NCBI RefSeq assembly: GCF_006345805.1
Contig: NW_021833422.1
Location: forward strand, 1-64,000
Length of the DNA: 64,000 bases
Direction of reading: 5' to 3'
DNA from: Octopus sinensis
Lineage: Eukaryota
Below the pieces are notes generated by a model that did not search any database, was not told where the DNA came from, and was given only the letters and a program-made list of their open reading frames with translations. The position numbers were made by a program, and so were the translations under genes. Positions 63,922-64,000 of the stretch are shown one piece after another. Position 1 is the first letter of the stretch, and each line of letters begins with the position of its first letter.

Positions 63922-64000
63922 TAATAAATAAAATATATGCATACATACAAACTTATATGTACGTACCTACATCTACATGTATATATACATGCATATATAA
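63917..64000. repeat. Third copy of the 46437/47165 repeat, cut by the window edge
   Basis: TAGTGTAATAAATAAAATATATGCATACATAC..GTACGTACCTACATCTACATGTATATATACATGCATATATAA. Confidence 0.85.

Overview
Eukaryotic, AT-rich, repeat-saturated DNA with no recognisable host protein-coding exon. The SINE families and microsatellite load resemble an octopus (coleoid cephalopod) genome; this is an inference from recalled repeat families, not a database result. Almost all ORFs in the supplied track are translations of (TA)n/(CA)n/(ACC)n microsatellites or of SINEs. Supported content: (1) dozens of copies of at least four tRNA-headed SINE families, labelled A-D here; (2) a full-length but dead DD34D mariner (4241-5490) and an internally deleted second mariner (53188-53715); (3) a 5'-truncated Tx1/L1-clade LINE (38841-41092) and small relics of CR1/L2-, RTE- and possibly RLE-type LINEs; (4) a non-autonomous Helitron (30306-30702), a MULE/Foldback-type element with a 9-bp TSD (63295-63748), other MITE-like inverted repeats, long palindromes and minisatellites. 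Two items stand out. The first is a near-perfect U6 snRNA copy fused through an A-rich linker to a SINE, the whole cassette (43520-43871) flanked by a perfect 14-bp target-site duplication inside an older SINE, i.e. a probable U6-SINE chimeric retrocopy. The second is a fifth tRNA-headed repeat (family E) whose 3' part carries a minimal type I hammerhead ribozyme and occurs in Penelope-like inverted arrangements. Coordinates were counted by eye; SINE ends may be off by several bases.
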